Shown here: positions 38,533 through 50,648 of the stretch, piece by piece
Position numbering within the stretch: the first letter of the stretch is position 1
Layout of the letters: each line of letters begins with the position of its first letter
Origin: Felis catus
Taxonomy: Eukaryota
Reading direction: 5' to 3'
Assembly: GCF_018350175.1 (NCBI RefSeq)
Contig: NC_058368.1
Span: 236,346,001 to 236,410,000 of the forward strand
DNA length: 64,000 nt
Notes under the pieces: model-generated
What the model saw: only the letters and a program-made list of their open reading frames with translations
What the model was told of the DNA's origin: nothing
Databases searched by the model: none
Position numbers and translations under genes: made by a program

Positions 38533-38700
38533 GTACGTCTCAATCTCAGCTGCACCGTAGAATCACATGGAAGTTTTTAAAATACGTTGATGCCTACGCT
38601 ACACCCTAGACCAATTAAATTAGAACAAGTGGGAATGAAGCACCGGGGTTTCCCGCTTCCCGGGTGACCCCAGGATACAGCCGAGGTTTGGAAAGTTCAC
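38533..38700. mobile_element. MER5A-like DNA transposon
   Basis: tctcaatctcagctgcaccgtagaatcacatgg...ttgatgcct...cccgggtgacccc...cagccgaggtttgg. Confidence 0.75.
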
Positions 38701-39198
38701 CCCGCTTCAGTCTACCTGACAGACAAGTTTGAGAAATGAACTGAACAGTTGAAAAGTGCGTGTTTCTCAGCATGGGTACCTTTCGGGTGTCACCTCCCGA
38801 CCTCCATCCTTTGGAGCGAGAAACCCACGGATGCTGTTGTTCCATATGCTTATTTACCTGCTTGGTTATATTTGAAAGGATCGTAGACGCTGAAGATTGG
38901 GTCGTGCCAACTTGGATGGACGGCACCCTCTCCGTTGTCTGTGACGGTTTCCTTTTCCTATGCTCTTTAGTCCATTATTGTTAATACTGTAACTCGTTCT
39001 CATGAACCCACCATCAAAAATCAAGTGTGACTTTGACCTCTGCCTTCCTATACCCCTGACAACAGCCAACTTTGATCTTATGTTCATTATTCTCTGACCT
39101 TTTTTCCTTACCATGTGATTCCAACCGTATGTATTCTACAGTTACAAGTGTCTTTAAGTTTTCATTTAACTTATCAAAACGATTTTGCTAAATGCATC

Positions 39199-39597
39199 TG
39201 TATTATCGTATTAGGCACCAGAGAGACAGGAGAAGAGAGACACAGAGACAGAAAGGAACAGAGAGAGATAGAGAGAGAGAATAGACACTTATTTTAATGT
39301 ATCCCCATGGGATTATGGGGATCGGTAAGTCTGAAATTTGTATGGCAGAGGGGCAGGCTGGCAATTCAAATAAGAATTGATTCAGTTATGAGTGTGCTTT
39401 CTGCAGGCCAGGGGGCTGGAAACTCAAGAAGAGTTTCTGAGTTAGTTTTGAAAAGAAACTTATTTTTGTTCTTAAGGCCTTCAACTAATTGGATGAGGCT
39501 CACCCACATTATGGAGGCTATTCTTTACTCAGAGTCTACCGATTTAAATGCTAAGTGTCCAAGTGTCCATCAACTGATGAATGGGGAAAGAAGATGT

Positions 39598-39643
<46 letters not shown>

Positions 39644-40160
39644 GGAATGCTACTTGGCAATGAAAAAGAGTGAAATCTAGCCATTCGCAGCAACGTGGAT
39701 GGAACTGGAAGGTATTATGCTGAATGAAATAAGTCAGCCACAGAAGGACAGATATCATACGTTTTCACTCACATGTGGATCTTGAGAAACTGAACAGAAG
39801 ACAATGGGAGAAGGGAAGGGGAAAAATCGTTACAACCAGAGAAGGAGGGAGGCAAACCATAAGAGACTCTTAAATGCAGACAACAAACTGAGGGCGGATG
39901 GGGTGTGTGTGTGGGGAAATTGGGTGACGGGCATCGAGGGGGGCACTTGTTGGGATGAGTGCTGGGTGTTGTATGTAAACGATGAACCATGGGAATCTAC
40001 CCCAAAAACCAAAAGCACACTTCACACATGGTATGTTAGCCAATTTGACAATAAATTATATTAAAAACAATGCTTATCACAGGCAAAAGTATCTTCACAA
40101 TAAGACCCAATAGCTGGGCACCATCATCTAACCAAGCTGACACATGAAAGTAACTGACCA
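39199..40160 (-). mobile_element. ERVL LTR (MLT2-like), split into 39199-39552 and 40075-40160
   Basis: cttaaggccttcaactaattggatgaggctcacccacattatggagg and a terminal ccaagctgacacatgaaagtaac. Confidence 0.8.
39553..40068 (+). mobile_element. 5'-truncated felid-type L1 (L1_Fc-like) with an internal (TA)n expansion
   Basis: gggaggcaaaccataagagactcttaaa and gggaatctaccccaaaaaccaa...atgttagccaatttgacaataaattata. Short TSD aatgct. Confidence 0.92.
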
Positions 40161-41554
40161 AGAATGGGTTGGGCTTTCAATTCACCCCCTTTGTTGCACG
40201 TCATTGCATTAATTGATTTTGACTAATATCGAATATCCCATTATGTGACTACATCACAATTTATTAATTCTCCAGCTCATGGGGATTTGGGTAATCTCCA
40301 GGTCACCACTGCTCTGAACAACACTGCTACAGGCATGAGAGCCCTTGTCCCTCTTGTTCAAGAACGTCCCTTGGACGTGTTCCTGAAAGTGGGATCTTTG
40401 GCCATCTTTGTGAATGGTCAATCTGATGAAAATATGCCAGGTGCTCCCTCCAAGAAGTGGCACCCATTGCCATAACTATCGGTCACATAGGAGAAGAAAT
40501 TCTCTGAATCAGCGTCTTCTTGGAGACTTCTTAATTTTCAGCAATGAAATAGGTTTAAAGGTTATTTCCTTTAAGTCTTGGTTCGTATTTTCCTATTATT
40601 CATGATGTTAAACTTCTTTTTATGTATTTTTTGGCCATTTGCTTTCTTTTTCTACGAAATGCTTATTCGTCTATTTTGCCCACTTTTAACCGATTTGTAT
40701 TTTCTTACCTATTTGTAGCCTTCTTTATATATTCTTGTTCCAAAGTCTTATTTGTTATATGTATTGCAAGAATGTTTTTTCAAAGACTGTAACCATTGTT
40801 TTCACTCTGTTTATGGTGTGTTTTCATATATAGAAGTTTTAAATTTTACTGCAGTCAAATTTACTGATCTTTTCCTTTGTAGTTAATAGTTTTGGTATAT
40901 TGTTTAAAAATATTTTCCAACATCAAAATATAAAAGATCTTGACCCATACTGTTACCAAGACTTTTAAAATTTCCTTTTCAAAATACTTAAGTTCTTAAT
41001 CTATCTGGACTTATCAGGAGTTTTTTTTTTTTTATATGCCATATGATGTAGAAATGCCAATATATCTTTTTCTTTATGGTAAATCAGGTTTTCAGTTCCA
41101 CTTATTAAATAATCCTCTTTTTTCCCCCACTCATCTGTCAAGCCCTCCGTCACATACCAAGTTTCCGTATCTGTACAGACTCTATTCTATCGTATGGGCA
41201 AAATGTGTTTGTATGCCTGGTGCATTAATTGAGAATATCCAATTTCGCCATAGAGACAAAATAAACAAATTACTATAACAGTTAGAAAAACTCATACAAG
41301 GTGTTAGATATAGATGGTAAGTAAGATAGTAGTCTGTGTGTAAGCTTTTTTTAAGTGGAATATATATGTTGAAAATAGGAGTTTTAAAAAGATGGGAATA
41401 GTGTGTGTTATTCACACAAAGAGAAGTATAAAAGAACTGAGTTAACATTCACTAACCACACCCTGGGCTGTCACTCCCACACTGACATCCATATTGCATA
41501 TCCATTGGTGACATCTCTTCTAACACATTTCTTTTTCCCAGAGGAAACTACCAG

Positions 41555-42755
41555 TACTCAACAGTAATAAGTGAGTTGCACAATTGGACATCCACACACA
41601 AAAACAAACAAACAAACAAACAAACAAAAATCTAGACCTAGACCTTACACCCTTGACAAAGACTAACTCAGAGTGGTTTGCAGACCTAAATGTAAAATGC
41701 AAAACTAATAAACTCCTATAATATAGCGCAAGGGAAAACGTAGGTGCCCAATGAGACATTTTAGATAACACACCAAAGGCACATCTATCAAAGAAACACT
41801 TGCTAAGCTCGACTTCATTAACATTTAAAATTTCTTTCTGCAAAAGTCAACGTTAAGGGAATGAGAAGACAGGCAGGCACAGACCGGGAGAAAATGTTTG
41901 CAAAATATACATCTGATAAAGAAGTTTTATTCAAAATACGTAAAGAACTCTTAAAACTCAACACTAAGAGAAAAAACAACCCCATCAAAAAATGGGCCAA
42001 AGACTTTAACAAGCATCTCACCAAAGAAGATATACAGATGGAGAATAAGCTCATGGAAAGATGTTCCACGTCATATGTCATCAGAAAGATGCAAGTTAAA
42101 ACATCAGTGAGATACCCACTACACACCTAATATCTAGGGGCACGTGGGTGGCTCAGTCAGTTAAGCATTCGACTTCAGCTCAGGTCATGATCTCACGGTT
42201 TGTGAGTTCGAGCCCCATGTCAGGCTCTGTGCTGACAGCTCAGAGCTTGGAGCCTGCTTCGGATTCTGTGTCTCCTTCTCACTCTGCCCCTCCCCAACTT
42301 GTGCTCTCTCTATGTCTCTCAAAAAATAAATAAGTGTAAAAAAAAAATTAGAAGACAGTTTGGTGACTTCTCACAACACTGAACCTATTCTTAGCATACC
42401 ATCCAACAATCACACTCCTTGTTACTGACCCAGAGGAGCTGAAAATTCATGTCCACACAAAAACCTGCATATCGTTGTTTATAGCAGCTTAATTCATAAC
42501 TGCCAAAACTTGGAAGCAACCAAGATGTGTTTCAGTTAGATGAGTGGACAAATAAATTGTGGTACATCCAGGCAATAGGGTATCATTTAGTGCTAAAAAG
42601 AAATCAGCTGTTAAGTCTTGAAAAGGCATGGAAGAACCTTAAATACATATTACTTAGTAAAAGAAGTCAGTGTTGAAAAAAAAAAAGCTATATACTGTGT
42701 TATTCCAAGTATACAACATTCTGGAAAAGGCAGAACTGTGGAGATAGTAAAACTA
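41555..42755 (+). mobile_element. L1 (L1MC-type) ORF2 C-terminal region and start of 3'UTR, decayed
   Basis: ORF 41861..42130 reads KELLKLNTKRKNNPIKKWAKDFNKHLTKEDIQM, matching L1 ORF2. Continues with gtccacacaaaaacctgca...ttggaagcaaccaagatgt. Confidence 0.92.
42137..42347 (+). mobile_element. Can-SINE inside L1, no TSD visible
   Basis: Canonical head, (CT)n tract and A tail. Confidence 0.97.
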
Positions 42756-43993
42756 TCCCCTTTAAGTTTCTCATCATTAATTATGCTATATTAGCTACAG
42801 GGTGGTGGTTTTTTTTTTTTGTTTGTTTTGTTTTGATTTGTTTTGTTTTATTTTGGTTTTGTTTTGTTTTGTTTTGGTAGACATTCTGTATCATGTTGAG
42901 AAAATTACCATCTAACCCTAGTTTACTGAGAGTTTTTATTATAAATGAGTTTAGGGGTATGTCAAATACTTTTTCTGCATCTATTGATATGTTCATATTG
43001 TTTTTCTTCTTTAGTCTGTTGATGTGATGGATTACACAAATTGATTTTTTAATGTTGAATCAGTCTTGCATACCTGGGATAAGTCCCACTTGGTCATGAT
43101 GCATAATTCTTTATATACGTTGTTACCTCAATTTATACATTGTTAATTCAATTTTCCAATATTTGAGAACTTTTGCATCCATGTTAGGGAGAGATATAAT
43201 GTATTTGTTTTCCTTGTAATGCATTTGTGTGGTGTTGGTGTTACGGTAAACCTAGCCTCAGGCAATAAGTTAGGAATTATTCTCTCTGATTCTATCTTCT
43301 GAAAGATATTGTAGAAACTTGGCATAATTTATTCCTTAAATGTTTGATAGAATTCACAATTCACTTATTGAATTATCTGGGCTCTGTGCTGGCTCTTTAG
43401 GAAGGTTATTTATTATTGATTCAATTTATTTAATAAACATAGTCCTGCCCAGATTGTCTCTTTCTTTTGGTGTAAGTTTTGGCAAATTGTATCTTTCAGG
43501 GAATTGGTTCATTTCATCTGAAGTATGAAATTTGTGAGCACAGAGCTGTTCTTGGTATTCTTTTATTAGCCTTTCCGTAGGATCTGTACTGATGTCCCTT
43601 CTTTCATTTCTTACGTTAATAATTTGTGTCTTCTCCCCCGTTCTCTCTCTCTTTTTTTCTTAGTTAGCCTGGACTAGAGACTTACTGATTTTATTGTTCT
43701 CTTCAAATATTAAGCTTCAGGTTTAGTTGACTATCTCAATTGATTTCCCATTTTCAATTTCATTGATTTATGCTGTAATTATTATCATCTCTTTAGATTT
43801 CATTTGTTCTTTTTAATCTAGTTTCCTAGGATCAAAACATAGATTATTGATTTTAGATCTTTCTTCTTTTCTAGTATGTACGTTGCATGTTATGCATTTC
43901 CCTACAGTCACTGCTTTCATTGCATCCCACATACGTTGATAAATTGTATTTTCATTTTTATTTAGTTCAAAAACTTTTCAAGTTTTTCTTAAT

Positions 43994-44108
43994 TGTTTTT
44001 TAAGTAGGCTCCATACCCAATGCAGGGCTCGAACTCACGACCCCAAGATCGGGACTTGAGCTGAGATCAAGAGTAAGATGCTCAACCAAATGAGCCACCC
44101 AGGTACCC
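43994..44108 (-). mobile_element. Short Can-SINE variant lacking the (CT)n tract
   Basis: taagtaggctccatacccaatgcagggctcgaactcacgacccc...gagccacccaggtaccc. Confidence 0.88.
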
Positions 44109-44140
44109 TCTTGAAACTACTTTGACCCACGTGTTATTTA

Positions 44141-44358
44141 TTTATTTAGTTAGTTTTTGTTTTTGTGTTTGTTTTTGTTTTTTTTTGAGATAGAGTGCAA
44201 GCAGGGGAGGGGCACAGACAGGGAGAGAGGATTCCAAGTTGGCTTTGCACTGTAAGCACAGAGCCCAATGTGGGGCTCAAACTCACAAAGAGCAATATCA
44301 TGATCTGAGCCGAAATCAAGAGTCCAATGCTTAACCCACTGAGCCCCCCAGGCACCCC
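44141..44358 (-). mobile_element. Can-SINE
   Basis: TSD tgacccacgtgttattta / tgacccatgtgttactta. Confidence 0.95.
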
Positions 44359-44970
44359 TGACCCATGTGTTACTTAGAAGTGTGTTGTTCAATCTCTGTT
44401 CATCTTGGGATTTTCCAGCTATCTCTGTTACTGATTTTTAGTTTAATTCAATTATGGTCTGAGAGTGGGCAATGTATAATTTTCATTCTTTTAAACCTAG
44501 TAAGGTGTTTTTTTTATGGCCCAGAATATGGTCTATCTCTTCCACATCAGCTTGAGGAGAATGTGTATTCTGCTGTGGATGAACCAGTCTACAGAAGTCA
44601 GCTGTACCCACTTGATTAACAGTGTTGTTAAGTTCACTTTTGTTCTTACTGATTTTCTGCTTATTAGAGAAGATTTTTAACCCTCATTTCAATTTAATGA
44701 ATAATGGTATCACCTTTTAAGAATTCTTCTTTTCTTGAGTCAGTTTATAGTTTTTAGAGGTTCATAATTATTATTGTGATTTATCCATTTTGGAAGTTTG
44801 TAAATGTCCTAGCAATTTATCTATTAATCAAAATCTTCACAATCATTACCCTATAACTGATATCTCTCCCCAAATAAACCTTTTATCTTCTCTCCCACTT
44901 TACTTGGAACCACTGATTATTTACTGATGTCAGTTAGTTTTATTTATAGTCTACTTTTGAAGGCATTTTC

Positions 44971-45000
44971 ATATATATGTGTGTGTGTGTGTGTGTGTAT

Positions 45001-45048
<48 letters not shown>

Positions 45049-45083
45049 ATACACGCATACACACACACACACACACATATATA
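44971..45083. repeat. Compound (TA)/(TG)/(CA) microsatellite
   Basis: About 110 nt of alternating purine-pyrimidine sequence. Confidence 0.97.
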
Positions 45084-45719
45084 ATGAGTTGATAAATTTG
45101 AGCACCTACACTACTATTTTCCTCATGTAATATCTGCAAAGTTAAATCTAAAAGAAAATTTGATTGAAATATTGAATTTGAACTAAATTAAATACTCCAT
45201 AACCAAATAGTCCAGATAGTATTTGTACTGTGACATTGCCTATTTATTTATTTTACCCAGATAAGTGAAGATAACCTTGTTAATCACAGTATTAGATTAT
45301 TTTATTCATTACAAGCATAAACTAGACCTTGGAACTGACTTCAAGTAGCATCACAAACAGCTCACTATCATCTTGTTCCTTTCATAATGGAGCCCTCAGG
45401 AGATAGATTTTATACCAAATTATGCTGTCTGGTGCCCTTAGTAAATTCAGACTCTGTTGAACTTAGTTTTACCTGCAGACCTATGATCAGTTACCACTGG
45501 GATTTAGTGAAGACTGTGAGATAATGTAGACAGGCAAATCTAATATCTGTTACATGCAATATTGTTGCAACATGGAGAGAAAAATCACCTGTTTCTTCTA
45601 TCGCAGAAATTATTTTAGCCATTTTATACTCCATACATTTTGAATCTGGACACTCTAGGTGGCTTTGTTTGTTTTTAATAACTTAACTCTTACTTTCTCA
45701 AAATTTACTGTAAGTAATA

Positions 45720-46200
45720 TATGAACCACCTAATTAAATTATTAAATATTATCAAATCTTGTCAAAAATTTATATATTTTAACAACCTTGTCAAAGGCAA
45801 TTTCTTATTTATAAATTCTATTTAGAATATTAGCTATATGTTCACAGTTGAGACATTACACGTTAAAATAAACATTTGCTATATCTGAAATGGTCCTTTA
45901 AAGGTGTTCTTTTGGGAACAATATTGTGACACGATCTCTTTAATTAAATTAATTGCCGAGTTTTCCAGTATCTCTGGATTTTCTTTCCGTCCACTTAGAG
46001 TTACCCTGCACAATCGTCTACCACTATGCATAAAAACCCTCAACGCTGCTACAGTGCTGTACCGGGTGAAGAAACTTCTTCCTGAAGCCTCTGCTCTTAC
46101 CCCTTCTTCGGCACAGCTTTCCCAGCCTGCGTAGCTTTCAAGCATTTTGTTGTGGAGGGAATAACTAGCTGGCAAATGTTTTGTGATCTGCTCACTGGAC
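45720..46200. promoter_or_regulatory. Candidate enhancer with two P3 paired-homeodomain dimer sites
   Basis: TAATTAAATTA at 45731 and 45941, plus the palindrome ACAATATTGT at 45918. Confidence 0.35.
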
Positions 46201-47947
46201 AAAGCCGATTCTTAGTGTTTGCTGAGTCTCTGGATGTACATACTCCCTCCATGGTCAGGTTCAAGCGACCAGTGTGCCAAAATGAAGCAAAAAGATGGGA
46301 AGATGGAACACACTAGAATCTCCTGAGTTGGTTGGGGCCACGTTCTTTTCTTTTTTTCCTTGAAAAAAGACAAAGAAACTATAATAACTTGTCTCTGAGC
46401 CTTGTTCATGCTCTTGAGTGAGAAGGATAGCTCATAGCTCTAGGAATTTTTCTTTCCATCTTGTAGAATGTTTTCATGGCTCAAGAGCTTGCAACGAGCC
46501 ATTTCTACCCAATACTTGTTAACAATACCTGAGGTGATTGTCAAATACCTTTGAGCTCTTTATATTAAGTCTGCACTGCTCTATCACCACACTGTGCTTT
46601 AAGATATATGTGCATTTTCTTTCTCTCCTGAGCATGGTGTTGTAATTCTTCTTGACATAACTGATTTCAATAGGATGAAACATTTGGGAGACCATGTTCA
46701 GGAGGCTAAGTCACCTGTACTGTATCAGTTTCCTTCAGAAAGAAAAGCTTAGGGTCAAATGAAATCTCCCAGTACGACTTCCCATTTGAACATTGGCAGT
46801 AACTCACTGTCTGGGAAAAGAGAATATAATCTTATATTTTGTGTTTTGATGGCTCAAAAACTGGAGATTCTGAAAAATAAGATAAAATAAAATAAAAATT
46901 TTAAATGAAAACTGGAGATGCTGAAGAACTCCAGGGTGGGGCTCTCCATGTTGGGAAGGGACATGGTAGCCCAAGAACTAGGACTGAACAATATCTAAGT
47001 TCCATCTTGACTTGGGCCTCTTGGCCTGACTGTGATCTGGAAACAAGTCACCAAGAACTGGAGTCACAGGGACTTGAGCATGGCTCAATTGTGTGCTCAT
47101 CCAATGGGACCATATTGGAGAAGGACTTTTCCTCTTTCACAATAATCATGGAAACGCATGTGGGGCTGTGTTTCAGGGGTCTCAAGGCAGCCATGGATAA
47201 CATTGCTCAGACACAAGAGGCAAAGTCATAATGACGTGATGGTTCCTCAGTGTTCTCTCTTTGGGTGTGAACGGTTGACTCGCATAGGTTTTGCATAAAC
47301 CCTCAGAGCTCTTAGAAATTCTGGGAAGCCAGAGGGGAGATAAGGGACTCCTGGCTAGAATAGAAAGGGCTACAGTGATTGGTTAGAAGCGATGTAACCG
47401 TCCATGTATTCTATGAAGTAGCTCATGATGATTACATATGACTGTTTCCTACCATTAAGTGGGCAAATACTATGAAGTGCTACTTAGTTAACAACTTGCT
47501 GTATGGATTGTGATCTTCCCTACGAATATGTATGCCTCATAACAGCATTTTTTATCTTCTCTACATCTAATGCTACAAAAGCCAGGGCACCTCAGATACC
47601 AGAGGAGATCAATGCTACAGATGAGCGCCCCGAAAGGAGCCCGGTGATGTGACCACTGCTCATCCTGGACTGTGTTCTTCCTTCTCTTTGGGTTTAGTCA
47701 GAAGCTCAGATGTAAGGTCTCCTACACATGGGGATCATTTAGGGCAAAGCATTTGCATAATCTCATAAGAAGAGACCCAAATGGTGATTAAGAAATATGG
47801 CTGGCTATAGCTGTGATTAATAACTTGGTTACAGAGGGTTCAAACAGTATGCAGACACAAACTAGGAGTGTGAATGAGCTTAGGGCACATGATAGATGTG
47901 GACACTGACCTTCTGAGAGAATGAGGTTTTAAAACGGACTTTGTTTA

Positions 47948-48180
47948 GGGGCGCCTGGGTGGCTCAGTCGGTTGAGCATCCGACTTCGGCTCAGGTCACG
48001 ATCTCACAGCTCGTGGGTTCAAGCCCCGCGTTGGGCTCGGTGCTGACAGCTCGGAACCTGGAACCTGCTTCGGTTTCTGTGTCTCCCTCTCTCTCTCTCT
48101 GCCCCTCCCCTTCTGGCACTCACTCTGTCTCCCTCTCTCTCAAAAATAAATAAACGGACTTTGTTTTTTTTTTTTAAAAA
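47948..48180 (+). mobile_element. Can-SINE, first of a tandem pair
   Basis: Canonical body flanked by aaaacggactttgttta / aaaacagactttgttta. Confidence 0.97.
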
Positions 48181-48197
48181 AAACAGACTTTGTTTAG

Positions 48198-48427
48198 GTG
48201 CCACCTGGGTGGCTCAGTCACTTAAGTGTCCGACTTCAACTCAGGTCATGATCTCAGAGTTCGTGCGTTCGAGCCCCGTATAGGGCTCTATGCTGACCGC
48301 TCAGAGTCTGGAGCCTGCTTTGGATTCTGTGTCTCCCTTTCTCTCTGTTCCTCCCCCACTCATGCTATGTTTTTGTCTTTCTGGAAAATAAATAACATTA
48401 AAAAAGCAAAATAAAATAAAATAAAAT
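48198..48427 (+). mobile_element. Can-SINE, second of the tandem pair and more diverged
   Basis: Canonical body with an (AAAAT)n tail, followed by agaacggacattgttca. Confidence 0.95.
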
Positions 48428-50394
48428 AGAACGGACATTGTTCAGACCAGAGTTCTCTTAGGCCAAATGCTGTTTTCTTCATGCAATCTACTGTCTCCTA
48501 CACTCCCTGTCAGTCTTAAACAAGATTAAAAGTCACTGTTTTGTTGTTGTTGTTGTTTGTTTGTTTGTTTTGTTTTTGTTCCAACAAAAATGGCCATCCA
48601 CATTTTCTTGCCCACATTGTCCTGGATCTCTGCTGCTAACAGACTCAGTTTTGGGTTAGACGTCATGGCCACACGGGGATTAATGTCCCTTGGGGTGGGT
48701 TCACTTTGTCATGGCGAGGAGAGTCAGATCCAGACAAAGCGTCAAGAGGAATGAAGACAGAGAAAGAGGCCTTTCATATATGCGATAACAGGACAATTGT
48801 GACAACTGTGGCCACCGCCAACGTCACCATTGCTGGGTGTCTGTCTGCCCTTCCTGGGACACCCTTCCTCAGTGGCTCTGACCCAGTGGCCCTTCCCCCA
48901 TGAATGAATCCCATGGATGGTGCCTCTTCCTCTCCTCTGTCTCCTCCTCCTTCTGTTTCTTTTTACAAATCCCATTCTCGGGGAAAAGTGTAGCATAACA
49001 TTAACACACAAAGAAATACAATCAGATGAAAATTACCATGGAAATAGGTTTGGGCCTCTCTGGTCCCTTGTCTCTTCCTTACAACGCATGGCCCAGGCTC
49101 TATTTGTTGATATCTGGGTCAAGTAGAATGTCTAACTGTAAGTTTATGTAACTTGCCCCTACCACCCACCCTAACCATAACGAGGGGCCAGACATCTTCT
49201 TGCTTCAAGAGTTAAATTGTTGTGTTTTTCCAGCATAAGTTCTAAGTGCATATTGTGATGGATGAGATTTATGTAACATCATTCTATGTTAAAAATTGGT
49301 CCCGAGTTTGAATTTCCTATGTTGCTTTGCCACAGGCAGGAAGCCTTGCAGAAATGGCACCTCTATCTGGAGCTGATTTGAGCTCACGGCCCTTCCCCGG
49401 AGCACAGATCCCGAGTGCCGGGGACAGCAAGGGGAAGGCTCCCTTTTCTTTCTGTGGCTGCTTGAAACTCCATACTGCTTCTTGCTCCTTCCTGTGACGG
49501 TGGTGGCGGTCAAGATGACACAGCCTTTCGAATCCTTGTCAGAGACCAGAGAGTTTGGACCCCGACCTCATGCGAGTTTTCAAAAGCATGTTTTCACTCC
49601 AACAGTGACAGCCATGGCGGAAATGTCTTCCGCACCAGCCCCGGTAGCAGTTCATTTTCCACAACCCTCTTCACTGATCTCGGCTTCCCAGGGTGAGCAC
49701 CAATTAATACGACAGAAGAAAACATGCAGACGCCCTGCTCTAGAAAATGTTCAAATTCTGCTACACATTCTGGTCCCCCTACATGTGAGAATGTTGGGCT
49801 GTGACAAGCCTGGACAAGCTTCAGTCTTTGTCCAAGGACAGATGTGGCCAGAAGCTGCTTGGGGAGGGCAGCCTTCCTTCCTGGATCACCCAGCAACAGC
49901 AGCACATGGCCCATATTCTTATTTTGTAAGGCACCTTCAGGAAGTAACCAAATGCTTCTCATCATGATTCTATATCAGGATCGGTGTTTGTGCCACTGCC
50001 ACACTGACAACAGGGAGGATCCCTCAACAGAGACGAGTCAGGTGTCCACGGGAAGAATCGGGAGGTGCAGTTGCCCATCAGAGAATCTGTGGAGTAATCA
50101 GTGACTTGTCTCCCAAGAGGCAGGGACACTGGCCTGGGATAGGACGGGCAGCATGTCCCCTCCCCACCCAGACCATCCCCCAGGACAAAGTCTGTTTCTC
50201 CTTTCACTGCCACAAGAGCCAGGCCAGGGGTGATGGTCCCGTCATCTGTGGTTTTTCACTAGGAGACCTGAGGAAATAACACCACCACCCAAATGGGAAT
50301 AAACCACAGCCATTTATTCAGAACTTTCTATAGTAAGGGAGTCAGCCACCATGACTTGCAAAGGCAGGCAGAAGAATGAGAAGGCCTTATAGTT

Positions 50395-50648
50395 GGAAGA
50401 AGAAGAAGAAGAAGAAGAAGAAGAAGAAGAAGAAGGAGAAGGAGAAGGAGAAGGAGAAGGAGAAGAAGAAGAAGAAGAAGAAGAAGAAGAAGAAGAAGAA
50501 GAAAGAGGAGGAGGAGGAAGAGGAGGTGAAAGAGGAGGGGAGGGGAGGGGGAAGGAAGGGAAAGAGGGGGAAGAAAAAGAAGGAGAAGAGGAGGAAGGAG
50601 AGGAGGAGGAAGGAGAAGAAGAAGGGGAGGATTAGAGGAAAGGAAAAG
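50395..50648. repeat. (GAA)13(GGAGAA)5(GAA)13 followed by a GA-rich polypurine tract
   Basis: Counted directly. Only three T and no C in about 250 nt. Confidence 0.98.

Larger units (their letters stand above)
38940..41180 (-). mobile_element. Old L1 (L1ME-type) 3' region, interrupted by MLT2 and a young L1
   Basis: T-rich antisense L1 sequence such as ttggccatttgctttctttttctacgaaatgcttattcgtctattttgcccac and tagaagttttaaattttactgcagtcaaattta. Confidence 0.7.
42757..44660 (-). mobile_element. L1 ORF2 fragment (end of endonuclease to start of RT domain), decayed
   Basis: ORFs ISIDAEKVFD...IKTLSKLGLDG and FQKIESERIIPN match L1 RT-proximal motifs. Reverse-strand cagcagaatacacattctcctca matches the endonuclease-region AEYTF motif. 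Confidence 0.92.

Noticed and set aside
41861..43325. ORFs similar to reverse transcriptase / ORF2
   Set aside because: Frameshifted, stop-ridden L1 relics, not a functional CDS or a novel RT system.
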